Under the pieces are notes generated by a model that saw only the letters and a program-made list of their open reading frames with translations, was not told the DNA's origin and searched no databases. The translations under genes were made by a program, and so were the position numbers. Positions 48,358 through 58,601 of a stretch of DNA of 64,000 nucleotides are shown in pieces. The stretch is taken from NCBI GenBank assembly GCA_963205435.1, contig CAUJIV010000049.1, positions 7,932 to 71,931 on the forward strand, given 5' to 3'. The first letter of the stretch is position 1, and each line of letters begins with the position of its first letter. This DNA comes from Pseudomonadota bacterium. GTDB lineage: Bacteria > Pseudomonadota > Gammaproteobacteria > Burkholderiales > Rhodocyclaceae.

Positions 48358-49967
48358 CACCGCTGACGCAAACACCCCAATGGCAGGCGCTGGCCGCCCA
48401 CCGGGACGGCATGGCGCCGCGCCACCTCAACGAGTTGTTCGCCGCCGATCCGCGGCGCTTCGAGCGCCTGTCCCTGCGCTGCGGCGAGCTGCTGTGCGAC
48501 TTCTCCAAGCAGCGGCTGGACGCCGAGACGCTCGACCTCCTGCTGCGTCTGGCCGAGGCGCGCGACCTCGCCGGCTTCCTGCGGCGCATGCGCGGCGGCG
48601 AAGCGATCAACACCACCGAGCGGCGCGCCGCGCTGCACGTCGCCCTGCGCGCCGACGAACCCTGCTTCGTCGACGGCCGTGACGTGCTGCCGGAAGTGCA
48701 GGCGACGCGGCAACGCATGCGCGAGTTCTCCGGGGCGATCCGTTCCGGCGCCTGGCGCGGCAGCGGCGGCGCGCCGGTGAACGCCGTCGTCAATCTCGGC
48801 ATCGGCGGCTCCGACCTCGGCCCGCGCATGGCCGTGCACGCGCTCGGCGAGCCCGCCGATGGGCGGCTGGCGGTGCGCTTCGTCGCCAACATCGACCCGG
48901 CCGAGTTCGCCGCAGCAGTGGCCGGCCTCGAGCCGGCGCGCACACTGTTCATCGTCTCCTCGAAGACCTTCACCACCCAGGAGACCCTGAGCAACGCCCA
49001 GGCCGCCCGCGCCTGGCTCGGCGCCGCCGATACGGCGCGCCATTTTCTCGCCGCCAGCAACAACGTCGCCGCGGCGCAGGCCTTCGGCATCCCGGCGCAG
49101 AACTGCCTCGCCCTGCCGGAGTGGGTGGGCGGCCGCTACTCGATGTGGTCGGCCATCGGCCTGCCGATCGCCTGCGCCATCGGCATGGACGCCTTCGAGG
49201 AACTGCTCGCCGGCGCGCGCGAGATGGATGCTCACTTTTTCTCCGCGCCCTTCGCCGAGAACCTGCCGGTGCTGATGGCGCTGGTCGGCCTGTGGAACAT
49301 CGATTTCCTCGGCGCCGGGACCCTCGCCGTGCTGCCCTACGCCCACCGCCTCGGCCTGCTGCCGGCCTACCTGCAGCAGCTGGAGATGGAGAGCAACGGC
49401 AAGCATGTCACGCTCGACGGCGAGGCGGTCGGCTGCGCCACCGCGCCGATCCTCTGGGGCATGGCCGGCTCGGTCGGCCAGCACGCCTTCCACCAGCTCT
49501 TCTACCAGGGCACGCGGCTGACGCCGATCGACTTTATCGTTCCGGTCGGCGAGCCCGGCGCGGCGCAGGAGGCGCTGGTCGCCAACGCGCTGGCGCAGGG
49601 TGCGGCGCTGATGAAGGGCCGCACGGCCGAGGAAGCGCGGCGGCAGCTGCTCGCCGCCGGCAAGGACGCCGCCGAAGCCGCGCGCCTGGCGCCGCACCTG
49701 GCCTGCGCCGGCAATCAGCCGAGCACCACCCTGCTGCTGCCGCGCCTCGCGCCGCGCAGCCTCGGCCGCCTGATCGCCCTCTACGAGCACAAGGTGGCGG
49801 TGCAGGGCTGCCTGTGGGGGGTGAACAGCTTCGACCAGTGGGGCGTCGAGCTGGGCAAGCAGATGGCGCGCGAGATATTGCCGCAGATGATCTCCGGATC
49901 GGGCGATTTCGACGCTTCCACCGCCGGCCTGCTCGCCGCGATTCGCGCCCTGCGCGCGCCGCGGTGA
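48354..49967 (+). CDS. pgi: Glucose-6-phosphate isomerase
   Basis: GIGGSDLGP, SSKTFTTQET, VGGRYS, QQLEMESNGK, FDQWGVELGK. Confidence 0.97.
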   Translation: MTPLTQTPQWQALAAHRDGMAPRHLNELFAADPRRFERLSLRCGELLCDFSKQRLDAETLDLLLRLAEARDLAGFLRRMRGGEAINTTERRAALHVALRADEPCFVDGRDVLPEVQATRQRMREFSGAIRSGAWRGSGGAPVNAVVNLGIGGSDLGPRMAVHALGEPADGRLAVRFVANIDPAEFAAAVAGLEPARTLFIVSSKTFTTQETLSNAQAARAWLGAADTARHFLAASNNVAAAQAFGIPAQNCLALPEWVGGRYSMWSAIGLPIACAIGMDAFEELLAGAREMDAHFFSAPFAENLPVLMALVGLWNIDFLGAGTLAVLPYAHRLGLLPAYLQQLEMESNGKHVTLDGEAVGCATAPILWGMAGSVGQHAFHQLFYQGTRLTPIDFIVPVGEPGAAQEALVANALAQGAALMKGRTAEEARRQLLAAGKDAAEAARLAPHLACAGNQPSTTLLLPRLAPRSLGRLIALYEHKVAVQGCLWGVNSFDQWGVELGKQMAREILPQMISGSGDFDASTAGLLAAIRALRAPR

Positions 49968-50040
49968 AGCGCGAGCCGCGCGCCCTGCCGGCAAAGGCCT
50001 TTCGCAGCGACAGCCTGATCGGGAACGACTCCTAGGGACC

Positions 50041-50586
50041 CTAGAGCCGGATCAGCTTCTCGCGGTAGTAGCGCATCTCCTCGATCGACTCGCGCACGTC
50101 GGCCAGCGCGGTGTGCGCGCCCTGCTTGACGACGCCCTTGTGCACCTCCGGGTTCCAGCGCCGCGCCAGCTCCTTCAGCGTGCTGACGTCGAGATTGCGG
50201 TAATGGAAATAGGCTTCCAGCTCCGGCATCCAGCGCGCCATGAAGCGGCGGTCCTGGCAGATCGAGTTGCCGCACATCGGCGAGGTGCGCGCGGCGACGT
50301 GCTCGCGCATGAAGGCCAGCAGGGTCCGCGTCGCCGCCGCCTCGTCGGTGGTCGAGGCGCGCACGCGGTCGATCAGCCCCGACTTGCCGTGGGTGCCCTT
50401 GTTCCAGCTGTCCATGGCGTCGAGCACGCCGTCGGGCTGGTGCACCACGACGACCGGCGACTCGGCGATGACGTTGAGCGCGCTGTCGGTGGCCACCATG
50501 GCGACCTCGATGATGCGGTCGCGATCGGGATCGAGGCCGGTCATTTCCATGTCCAGCCAGATCAGGTTGTCGGGATCCTGTGCCAT
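50041..50586 (-). CDS. orn: Oligoribonuclease
   Basis: [28 protein letters not shown]. Confidence 0.98.
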   Translation of the reverse strand: MAQDPDNLIWLDMEMTGLDPDRDRIIEVAMVATDSALNVIAESPVVVVHQPDGVLDAMDSWNKGTHGKSGLIDRVRASTTDEAAATRTLLAFMREHVAARTSPMCGNSICQDRRFMARWMPELEAYFHYRNLDVSTLKELARRWNPEVHKGVVKQGAHTALADVRESIEEMRYYREKLIRL

Positions 50587-50627
50587 AATTTTCGCATTTT
50601 CCGAAAGCCGGCATTCTGTCACAGATC

Positions 50628-51890
50628 ATGCCCGACACCGCGATGGCGAACGCCTTCGCCGCCCTGTTCCTCGCCGCGCTCGGCCTCAGCACCGGGCTGC
50701 GCCTGTGGCTGGTGCGGCGCCAGCTGCGCCACGTCGCCGCGCATCGCGAAGCCGTGCCCGCGGCCTTCAGCGCCAGCATCACGCCGGCGGCTCACCGCCG
50801 CGCCGCCGACTACACCGCGGCCAAGCTGCGGCTGGCGATGGTGGAAGTGATGGTCGGCGGCCTGCTCGTCCTGGCGCTGACCTTCGGCGGCCTGCTGCAG
50901 GCGATGCACGATGCCTGGGCCGGCCTTGGCCTCGGCGGCCTGCCGCTCGGCATCGCCTTTCTCGCCGGACTGGCCGTGCTGCACGCGCTGCTCGACCTGC
51001 CCATTTCGCTCTACGCCACCTTCGTCACCGAGGCGCGCTTCGGCTTCAACAAGACGACGCCCGGCCTTTTCGCCCTCGACCTCGCCAAGGGCGCGCTGCT
51101 CGCCGCGCTGATCGGCCTGCCGCTGCTGGCGGCCGTGCTCTGGCTGATGCAGCGCATGGGGACGCTGTGGTGGCTCCACGTCTGGCTGTTCTGGCTGGCC
51201 TTCAACCTGCTGATGCTGCTGGCCTATCCCACCCTGATCGCGCCGCTGTTCAACAAGTTCTCGCCGCTGGCGGACACGGCGCTGCGCGATCGCATCGAGG
51301 CGCTGCTGGCGCGCTGCGGCTTTCGCGCCAGCGGCCTCTTCGTCATGGACGGCTCGAAGCGCTCGTCGCACGGCAACGCCTACTTCACCGGCTTCGGCCG
51401 CTCGCGGCGCATCGTCTTCTTCGACACCCTGCTTGAGGCGCTGGCCCCCGCCGAGATCGAGGCGGTGCTGGCCCACGAGCTCGGCCACTACCGGCTGCGC
51501 CATGTCTGGAAGCGCATCGGCCTGCTGGCCCTCGCCAGCCTGGCGCTGCTCTGGCTGCTCGGCCGCCTGATCGACGCGCCCTGGTTCTACGCCGGCCTCG
51601 GCATGCACAGCCAGGGCACGGCGTCGGCGCTGGCGCTGTTCTTCATCGCCCTGCCGGCCTTCCTCTTCCCGCTCTCGCCGCTGGCGAGCGCCCTGTCGCG
51701 GCGCCACGAATACGAGGCCGACGCCTATGCCGCGGAGCAAACGCGGGCGGCCGACCTCTGCGCCGCGCTGGTCAAGCTGTACCGCGACAACGCCGCGACC
51801 CTGACCCCCGATCCCCTCTACTCCGTCTTCCACGATTCCCATCCGCCGGCGGCGGCGAGAATCGCCCGCCTGCAAGGAGTCACGCCATGA
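50628..51890 (+). CDS. M48 family (Ste24-like) membrane metallopeptidase
   Basis: DGSKRSSHGNAYFTG, HELGH, EYEAD, SHPP. Confidence 0.93.
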   Translation: MPDTAMANAFAALFLAALGLSTGLRLWLVRRQLRHVAAHREAVPAAFSASITPAAHRRAADYTAAKLRLAMVEVMVGGLLVLALTFGGLLQAMHDAWAGLGLGGLPLGIAFLAGLAVLHALLDLPISLYATFVTEARFGFNKTTPGLFALDLAKGALLAALIGLPLLAAVLWLMQRMGTLWWLHVWLFWLAFNLLMLLAYPTLIAPLFNKFSPLADTALRDRIEALLARCGFRASGLFVMDGSKRSSHGNAYFTGFGRSRRIVFFDTLLEALAPAEIEAVLAHELGHYRLRHVWKRIGLLALASLALLWLLGRLIDAPWFYAGLGMHSQGTASALALFFIALPAFLFPLSPLASALSRRHEYEADAYAAEQTRAADLCAALVKLYRDNAATLTPDPLYSVFHDSHPPAAARIARLQGVTP

Positions 51891-52192
51891 AATCCATTCT
51901 TGCCGCATTGCTCGCCCTGGCTTCGCTGTCCGCCTCCGCCGCCCCGTTCGCCAGGGGCGACGCGGCCGCCGGTAAGAAGCTGCACGACGAGAAATGCGTC
52001 GCCTGCCACCAGCGCCTGGTCGGCGGCGACGGCAGCGACCTGTACACGCGCATCGACCGCAAGATCGAGACGCCGCAGGCGCTGCGGCAGCGCGTCGCCG
52101 CCTGCAGCGCGCAGGTCGACGCCGGCTGGTTCCCCGAAGAAGAAGAGCATGCCGCCGCCTATCTCAACAGCCGGTTCTACAAGTTCAAGTAG
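51887..52192 (+). CDS. Small monoheme cytochrome c
   Basis: Signal peptide plus CVACH. Confidence 0.88.
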   Translation: MKSILAALLALASLSASAAPFARGDAAAGKKLHDEKCVACHQRLVGGDGSDLYTRIDRKIETPQALRQRVAACSAQVDAGWFPEEEEHAAAYLNSRFYKFK

Positions 52193-52219
52193 CGCGGCCG
52201 CGGCGCCGCGGTCCTGAAC

Positions 52220-53080
52220 GTGCAGGGCGTCGTCGTCGCCGACTTCGGCCGCCATTACGAGGTCGCGCTGGCCGATGGCAGCATCCTGCCCAGCCAGCCG
52301 CGCGGCCGTCGCAGCCAGATCGCCTGCGGCGACCGCGTCGCGCTGGCCCTGGCGGCGAGCGGCCAGGGCGTCATCGAGCGCGTCAAGCCGCGCCGCAGCC
52401 TGCTCTACCGCAGCGACGGCCGGCGGCAGAAGCTGATCGCCGCCAACGCCACCCAGGCCGTCATCGTCGTCGCCGCCGAGCCGTCCTTCAGCGACGAGCT
52501 CGTCTCGCGCTGCCTCGTCGCCGCGGAGCAGCAGGGCATGCGGGCGCTGATCGTGCTGAACAAGATCGACCTGGAGGACAAGCTCGAGGCGGCGCGCGCG
52601 CGGCTGGCGCCCTTTGGCGATCTCGGCTACGCGGTGGTCGAGCTGTGCGCGCTGGAAGGCGCCGCCGCGCTGCGGCCGGCGCTGGCCGGGCAGTGCAGCG
52701 TGCTGGTCGGCCAGAGCGGCATGGGCAAGTCCTCGCTCATCAACGCCCTGCTGCCGGCGGCCGGCGCGGCGGTGCGCGAGATCTCGACGCGGCTCGATTC
52801 GGGCAAGCACACCACCACGCACACGCGGCGCTACCGACTCGACGGCGAGACGAGCCTGATCGACAGCCCCGGCCTGCAGTCCTTCGGCCTCGCCCACCTG
52901 TCTCGCGCCGAGATCGAGCAGGCCTTCCGCGAATTCCAGCCCCATCTGGGCGGCTGCCGCTTCCGCGACTGCCGCCACGATCGCGAGCCGGATTGCGCCG
53001 TGCGCGATGCCGTCGCCGCCGGCAGCATCGCGGCGCGCCGCCTCGAGCATTTCCACGCCCTTTGCGCCACCGTGAAATAG
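52220..53080 (+). CDS. rsgA: Ribosome small subunit-dependent GTPase
   Basis: NKID, GQSGMGKSS, GKHTT, DSPG, CxFxDCxH..EPxC. Confidence 0.96.
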   Translation: MQGVVVADFGRHYEVALADGSILPSQPRGRRSQIACGDRVALALAASGQGVIERVKPRRSLLYRSDGRRQKLIAANATQAVIVVAAEPSFSDELVSRCLVAAEQQGMRALIVLNKIDLEDKLEAARARLAPFGDLGYAVVELCALEGAAALRPALAGQCSVLVGQSGMGKSSLINALLPAAGAAVREISTRLDSGKHTTTHTRRYRLDGETSLIDSPGLQSFGLAHLSRAEIEQAFREFQPHLGGCRFRDCRHDREPDCAVRDAVAAGSIAARRLEHFHALCATVK

Positions 53081-53127
53081 AGGGCAGGCGCAGCGGCGCG
53101 GCGGCGAAACCGCTACACTTGTCCGGC

Positions 53128-53742
53128 ATGGACAGCCTGCTCTACGGCACCGGCCTCGCCGCCGTCGCGGTGAACGCCCTGACCGGCGTGCTCGACGCCG
53201 GTCGCAAGCGGATGGACCTCGTCGGCGTGACGATGGTCGGCTGCGCCACCGCGCTGGGCGGCGGCACGGTGCGCGACCTGCTGCTCGGCCGGCCGGTGTT
53301 CTGGATCAGCGACCAGGCCTACCTCGTCGTCGCCCTGGCGACGACGCTGGTCGTCTTCTTCGCCGTGCGCGGGTTGCGCCTGCCGCCGCGCCTCTTCCTC
53401 GTCCCCGACGCCGTCGGCCTGGCGCTGTTCACCGCCATCGGCACCCAGGTGGCGCTGGACTGGCAGGCGCCCTGGCTCGTCGCCAGCCTGCTTGGCGTCA
53501 TCACCGGCGTCGTCGGCGGCGTGCTGCGCGACATGCTGTGCAACGAGGTGCCGCTGATCTTCGTGCGCGGCGAGCTGTACGCCTCGGCCGCCTGGCTCGG
53601 CGCCCTGGTGCTGGTCGGCCTGCAGGCGCTCGGCGCCTCCGCCGTCGCCGCCGCCTGGAGCGGCATGGCGGCAACCCTGGCCGCGCGCCTGCTCGCCATG
53701 GCCTACCGCATCACCCTGCCCACCTACACGGAGCGAAAATGA
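53128..53742 (+). CDS. TRIC (UPF0126) family membrane protein
   Basis: MDLVG..ALGGGTVRD and GGVLRD repeats. Confidence 0.9.
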   Translation: MDSLLYGTGLAAVAVNALTGVLDAGRKRMDLVGVTMVGCATALGGGTVRDLLLGRPVFWISDQAYLVVALATTLVVFFAVRGLRLPPRLFLVPDAVGLALFTAIGTQVALDWQAPWLVASLLGVITGVVGGVLRDMLCNEVPLIFVRGELYASAAWLGALVLVGLQALGASAVAAAWSGMAATLAARLLAMAYRITLPTYTERK

Positions 53743-54972
53743 TCGAAACGCGGCAGCCCGATCCGGCTGAAACGCCCGTCGCCATCGGCGCTTGCCGCGC
53801 CGTCACCATCACCGCCGTCACGGAAACCGGCTGGTGGGACACGCCGCGCATGATGGCCGACATCAAGGCTGGCGGCGGCGCTGCGGCCTGCCAGTGGCGC
53901 ATGCGCTTCGATCCGGACAACGCCGCCGGCAGCTGCTCGCTGATCGAGGTCGAGGGCCTCGACGGCGTCACCCGGCGTATCCTGCTCGACGCCGGCTGGA
54001 ACGCGGACTACATGGCGGAGCGCTTTCGCTCCACCGGCGTCGCCCGCCTGCTCGCCGAGGGAGGCATCGACTTCCTGTTGCTCAGCCACGAGCATCTAGA
54101 CCACTTCTGGGGCATCGAGGCGGTGCTACGCCTGGCGCCGGCGATCCCCATTCTGGTTCCCGGCACCCTGCGCGAGGAGGGACAGGGCCTGTTCACAATT
54201 AATCTATCGGTGCGAACGAGTCCTTGCCGGTGCAGGGCAAGGCGCGGCGGCGCAGGCAGTGGTGATTCCACGACAAGCCGCCGCAACGCAGCCATGCGCC
54301 GGCAAAGGCCCGTTCCCTTCGGGTTGCGGCCAAAAGCGCCGGCTGCGGCGTTGCGCTCCTCGTCAAGGGAGCAACCCTTGACTTCGTCGCGCGCCTGGCC
54401 GTCGACGCTTTTGGCCACAACGCATCCGACAGATTAATTGCGAACAGGCCCTAGCCTGGCTTCGCGGCGGCAGCTTTCCCGAGGCCGGCATCGCCAACCG
54501 CGTGCCGCACCGCGGCTCGCTCGTGCGCATGCTCCCCGGCGGCGTGCATCGCCTGATGCCTGGCCTCGCCTCGGTCACCTTCGACCTGCCGATCCTGCTC
54601 GACATCCGCGGCGAGCAGTCGCTCTACGCCAACGTCGCCGGCGAGGGCATGGTCTGCATCACCGGCTGCTGCCACCAAGGCGTGCTGAACCTGGTCGATT
54701 ACGCGAAGGATCATCTCGAATGCGGCAGCCAGGTCTACGGCCTCTACGGCGGCCTGCACCTCGCGCCCTTCGCCGGGATGAGCGAGGAACAGGCGCAGAC
54801 GGTGCGCGCGCTCGGCCGCTACGGCTTTCGCCGCATCGCCGCCAACCACTGCACCGGAGCCGAGGCGATCGCGCTGATGCGCTGCCTCGGCTATCCGGTC
54901 GTCGGCGGCCGCGGCCGCGACGGCTCGGACGGCACGGCCCATCTCGGCAACGGCGACAGCGTGCGCTTCTGA
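53739..54972 (+). pseudogene. Metallo-beta-lactamase-fold hydrolase (COG1237-like) interrupted by an inverted-repeat element
   Basis: 5' half has ILLDAG and SHEHLDH; 3' half, in another frame, has EQSL, ITGCCHQG, GGLHL, NHCTG. The halves rejoin as ...LREEG-LAWLRGGSFPE... once the insert is removed. Confidence 0.88.
54184..54452. mobile_element. About 269-bp MITE-like element with 27-bp terminal inverted repeats
   Basis: AGGGCCTGTTCACAATTAATCTATCGG vs reverse complement of right end AGGGCCTGTTCGCAATTAATCTGTCGG (25/27); no transposase; CTAG at the right junction. Confidence 0.88.
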
Positions 54973-55005
54973 AAAAAAAACGCCCGCTTGGGCGGGCGTC
55001 TTCTC
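54973..55005. terminator. Intrinsic terminator between convergent genes
   Basis: A-tract-ACGCCCGC-TTGG-GCGGGCGT-CTTCT. Confidence 0.8.
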
Positions 55006-55025
55006 CTGGCGCCGGGCGGCTTCGC

Positions 55026-56213
55026 CTAGATGCGCTCCCAGATGGTGGTGATGCCCTGGCCGCCGCCGATGCACATCGTCGCCAGGCCGTAGCGGCCCTG
55101 GCTGCGGGCGAGTTCGTGCAGCAGCTTGGTGATGATGACCGCCCCGGTGGCGCCGACCGGATGGCCAAGCGCGATGGCGCCGCCGTTGACGTTGGTGCGC
55201 GCCGGGTCGAGGCCGAGAACCTTGGCGACGGTGAGCGACTGCGACGCGAAGGCCTCGTTCGACTCGATCAGGTCGATCTGGTCGAGGCTCAGTCCGGCCT
55301 TCTGCAGCGCCACCCGGGTCGACGGGATCGGTCCCTCGCCCATGACATCGTTGGGCACGCCGGCGACGGCGTAGGCCACCAGGCGGGCGATCGGCTTGTG
55401 GCCGCCGGCGGCCGCCTTCGCCGCGTCGGCCAGCACGAGGAAGGAGGCGGCGTCGTTGATGCCGGAGGCATTGCCGGCGGTCACCGTGCCGTCCTTCTTG
55501 AAGGCCGGCTTCATCTTGGCCAGCGTCTCCAGGGTGGTGCCGGCGCGCGGATGCTCGTCGGTGTCGAACACCACGTCGCCTTTCTTCGTCTTCAGGGTGA
55601 CCGGCGCGATCTGCGACTTGAAGCGGCCCTCGGCGATGGCCTTCGCCGCGCGCGCCTGCGACTCGACGGCGAAGGCGTCCTGCGCCTCGCGCGTGATGCC
55701 GTGCTTCTCGGCGAGGTTCTCGGCGGTGATGCCCATGTGGCCGACGCCGAAGGGATCGGTCAGCGCGGCGACCATGGCGTCGATCGCCTTGGTGTCGCCC
55801 ATGCGCGCGCCGTTGCGCAGCGCCGGCAGCAGGTAGGCGCCGCGCGACATCACCTCGACGCCGCCGCCGATGGCGAAATCGGCGTCGCCGAGCAGGATGG
55901 CCTGGGCCGAGCTGACGACGGCCTGTTGCGCCGATCCGCACAGGCGGTTGACGGCGAAGGCCACCGAGCTCATCGGCATGCCGCCCTGGATGCTTGCCAC
56001 GCGGGCGACATAGGGATAGCGCGACTCGGTCGGGATGCAGTTGCCGACCGCGGCGAAGCTCACCTGATTCGGATCGACGCCGGCGCGCGCGATCGCCTCC
56101 TTGACGATCAGCCCGCCCAGTTCCGCCGGCTCCATGCCGGAGAGCGAGCCGCCGAAGCCGCCCACCGCGCTCCTGACGGCGCTCAGTACCACCACTTCCT
56201 TCTTGTCAGCCAT
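55026..56213 (-). CDS. bktB: Beta-ketothiolase (BktB-like)
   Basis: VNRLCGS, NASGINDAA, NEAFA, GHPVGATG, MCIGGGQG. Confidence 0.88.
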   Translation of the reverse strand: MADKKEVVVLSAVRSAVGGFGGSLSGMEPAELGGLIVKEAIARAGVDPNQVSFAAVGNCIPTESRYPYVARVASIQGGMPMSSVAFAVNRLCGSAQQAVVSSAQAILLGDADFAIGGGVEVMSRGAYLLPALRNGARMGDTKAIDAMVAALTDPFGVGHMGITAENLAEKHGITREAQDAFAVESQARAAKAIAEGRFKSQIAPVTLKTKKGDVVFDTDEHPRAGTTLETLAKMKPAFKKDGTVTAGNASGINDAASFLVLADAAKAAAGGHKPIARLVAYAVAGVPNDVMGEGPIPSTRVALQKAGLSLDQIDLIESNEAFASQSLTVAKVLGLDPARTNVNGGAIALGHPVGATGAVIITKLLHELARSQGRYGLATMCIGGGQGITTIWERI

Positions 56214-56233
56214 TCTCGACTCCTCTGATCAGT

Positions 56234-57157
56234 TCAACCCGCCCAGCTGGCGATGCCGAGCAGCGCCAGCAACAGCAAACAGAGCACCAATGTCCGCCAG
56301 ACCAGTCCGATCCCGCTCTGCATGAAATCGGCGTCGGCCTCCTCGCCCAGCCCCAGCTCGGGTCTTTCCGTGACCTCGCCCGATTCGACGACCGGCATGC
56401 CCAGGCGCACCCCGAGGGCGCCGGCACCACTGGCCAAGAGTATACCCGTTGCCTCGTCGGGCCAGCGGCTCGCCTGCGTGCGCCAGCAATAGACCGCATC
56501 CTCGAAATCACCGACGACGGCGAACAGGCTCGCCGTGACGCGCACCGGCAGCCAGTCGATCACGGCGAAAGCCCTTGTGGCGAACTGGCCGAAGGCGCCG
56601 AATTCGGCATCATTGCGCCCGCTCCAGTGCCGGGCGAGAAAGGCAGCGAGCCGGTACAGCAAAGCGCCGGACGGTCCGGGCAGCAGGACGAACCAGATCA
56701 TCACGCCAAAAACGTGCCGGTGGGAGGCGACCAGCGCCTCTTCCATCGCCAGCCGGGCGATCTCGCCGGCATTCAGGCCGTCGGCGGATCGACCGCGCCA
56801 TTCCGCCAGCAGCGCGCGCGCCCGCGCCGTCTCGCCCATGCGCAGCGCCAGGTGAATGTCGGTGTAGTAATGGCTGAACTGTCGAAAGCCCAGGGTCAGG
56901 TAGAGGACCGCCACGTTCCAGAAGAAGCCGAGCAGCGGGCTCGTCGCCATCAGCCAGAGCGAGAGCGCCGCGCAGGCGAGGCTCGCCGGCAGCACCGCCA
57001 GCAGCCAGGCGATCAGGCCATGGCCGGCCTGGCCGCCGTTGAAATGCCGCTCGAAGAACGCCGCGTAGCGTGCCAGGGGAGCAGCCATCGCGCGCGATTC
57101 CGGCAGCGGGCGCATCTGCTCGAGCAGCAGGACGATGACAAGGGACAGGACGGTCAT
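56234..57157 (-). CDS. CobD/CbiB family membrane protein
   Basis: VLYLTLGFRQFSH, GALLYRL, DWLPVR, GAGALGVRLG. Confidence 0.82.
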   Translation of the reverse strand: MTVLSLVIVLLLEQMRPLPESRAMAAPLARYAAFFERHFNGGQAGHGLIAWLLAVLPASLACAALSLWLMATSPLLGFFWNVAVLYLTLGFRQFSHYYTDIHLALRMGETARARALLAEWRGRSADGLNAGEIARLAMEEALVASHRHVFGVMIWFVLLPGPSGALLYRLAAFLARHWSGRNDAEFGAFGQFATRAFAVIDWLPVRVTASLFAVVGDFEDAVYCWRTQASRWPDEATGILLASGAGALGVRLGMPVVESGEVTERPELGLGEEADADFMQSGIGLVWRTLVLCLLLLALLGIASWAG

Positions 57158-57202
57158 GAACCGGACGCGGGAGAACGACGCGGAAGACTGCCGATTATCG
57201 CA

Positions 57203-57820
57203 TTACTTGCCCAGCAGCAGCCGATACAGGCTGACCAGCATGCCGGCCGTCGCGCCCCAGATGAAATGGCCCTGATAGGGCATCGCGTAATACTGGCGCA
57301 CGATGCCGCCGACCTCGATGCTGTGGCGCTGGTGGTTGGCCGGATCGAGCAGGAAAGACAGCGGCGTCTCGAAGATCTCGGCAACCTCGAAGCTGTCCGG
57401 CGCCAGCTCGAAGGGCGGATGCACCAGGCCGACCACCGGCGTGACGCTGAAGCCGGTGCCGGTGCGGTATTCGGGCAGCAGTCCGAGCACCTCGACCCGC
57501 TCGGAGGCCAGGCCGATCTCCTCCGTCGTCTCGCGCAAGGCGGTGAACACCGGCGAGGGATCGCTGACTTCGCGCCGGCCGCCGGGAAAGCTCACCTGGC
57601 CGGCGTGATCGTGCAGATGAGCGGTGCGCTGGGTAAACAGCACCGTCAATTCCTCGGGCCGCACGACGACCGGCAGCAGCACCGCGGCCGGCGTCAGTCC
57701 GGCCGGCACGGCCTCTTCCTCCACGGGATCGAGGCGGCGCGGCCCGGCCAGGCGCTGGCGCAGCCAGTCGGCCGTCGCCGCGGCGGCATCCGGTCGGTGA
57801 GAGGGCGGTCGCGGCTTCAT
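57203..57820 (-). CDS. Nudix CoA pyrophosphatase
   Basis: HAGQVSFPGG, ALRETTEEIGL, IWGATAG. Confidence 0.92.
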   Translation of the reverse strand: MKPRPPSHRPDAAAATADWLRQRLAGPRRLDPVEEEAVPAGLTPAAVLLPVVVRPEELTVLFTQRTAHLHDHAGQVSFPGGRREVSDPSPVFTALRETTEEIGLASERVEVLGLLPEYRTGTGFSVTPVVGLVHPPFELAPDSFEVAEIFETPLSFLLDPANHQRHSIEVGGIVRQYYAMPYQGHFIWGATAGMLVSLYRLLLGK

Positions 57821-57823
57821 GCC

Positions 57824-58498
57824 TCAGTAGCGCTTGCGCAGCGTCAGGATCTCGCCGTCGCGCTGCATCTCCATGCGGTTGAGAAAGCTCATGCCGAGCA
57901 GCGCCATCGGCAGGTCTTGCGAGTGCACGACGCCGGCGACCCCGTTGAGCGTGATGTCGCCGACGCGCACCGCGTCGAGCGTGACCGCCCAGGCCTGGGC
58001 GACGCCGTTGGCCGTCTGCACCATCGTCGGCCGCGCCTTGGCGAGGTCGATGTTGGCGCGGCGCGCGTCGGCGGCACCGAGGGCGACGACGCTGGCGCCG
58101 GTGTCGACCATGAAGCGCACCGTCGCGCCGTTCACCGTGCCGGTGGTGAAGAAATGTCCGCGGCCGTCCGCGGTCAGGCTGGCCGTCTGCGCGCCGCCGC
58201 CTCCGCCGCCGCCGTGGACGTGCTGGCCGACGACCAGCCGCTGGCGTCGGCCGTCGGCCTCGATCATGGCGCCGGCCGCATCGACGGCGAGCAGCCTGAC
58301 GCCGGAGACGCGCGCGCCGACGGCGAGCGTGCGCGGCGCGCCGCCGTCGATGACCAGCACGGCCTTGCCCGGAAAGAGGCCGACCAGGCCGACCTGGACG
58401 GCCTGCGCCGGCGAGGCGGCCACGGCGCAGGCCGCGGCGGCGAGGCAGAAACCCGCCGCTCGTGCCGACCATCGCTTCCTGCTGAAAAACCGCCTCAT
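57824..58498 (-). CDS. Retropepsin-like clan AA aspartic protease
   Basis: FMVDTGAS, TANG, LLGMSFL. Start uncertain. Confidence 0.9.
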   Translation of the reverse strand: MRRFFSRKRWSARAAGFCLAAAACAVAASPAQAVQVGLVGLFPGKAVLVIDGGAPRTLAVGARVSGVRLLAVDAAGAMIEADGRRQRLVVGQHVHGGGGGGGAQTASLTADGRGHFFTTGTVNGATVRFMVDTGASVVALGAADARRANIDLAKARPTMVQTANGVAQAWAVTLDAVRVGDITLNGVAGVVHSQDLPMALLGMSFLNRMEMQRDGEILTLRKRY

Positions 58499-58601
58499 CG
58501 CGCCGCGCCCCGCTGCTTCGACTGAACATTCTGCCACAGCCTGCGCCCAACCTTGGCGCAGGCTGTGGCCGGCGGGGGGCGGGACGCCGTGGCGGCGCCG
58601 G

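Noticed and set aside
54345-54400. Similarity between the MITE interior and the argF spacer (CGGCGYTGCGCKCCTYG; CCTTGAC)
   Set aside because: Short and GC-rich; cannot be distinguished from chance without more copies.
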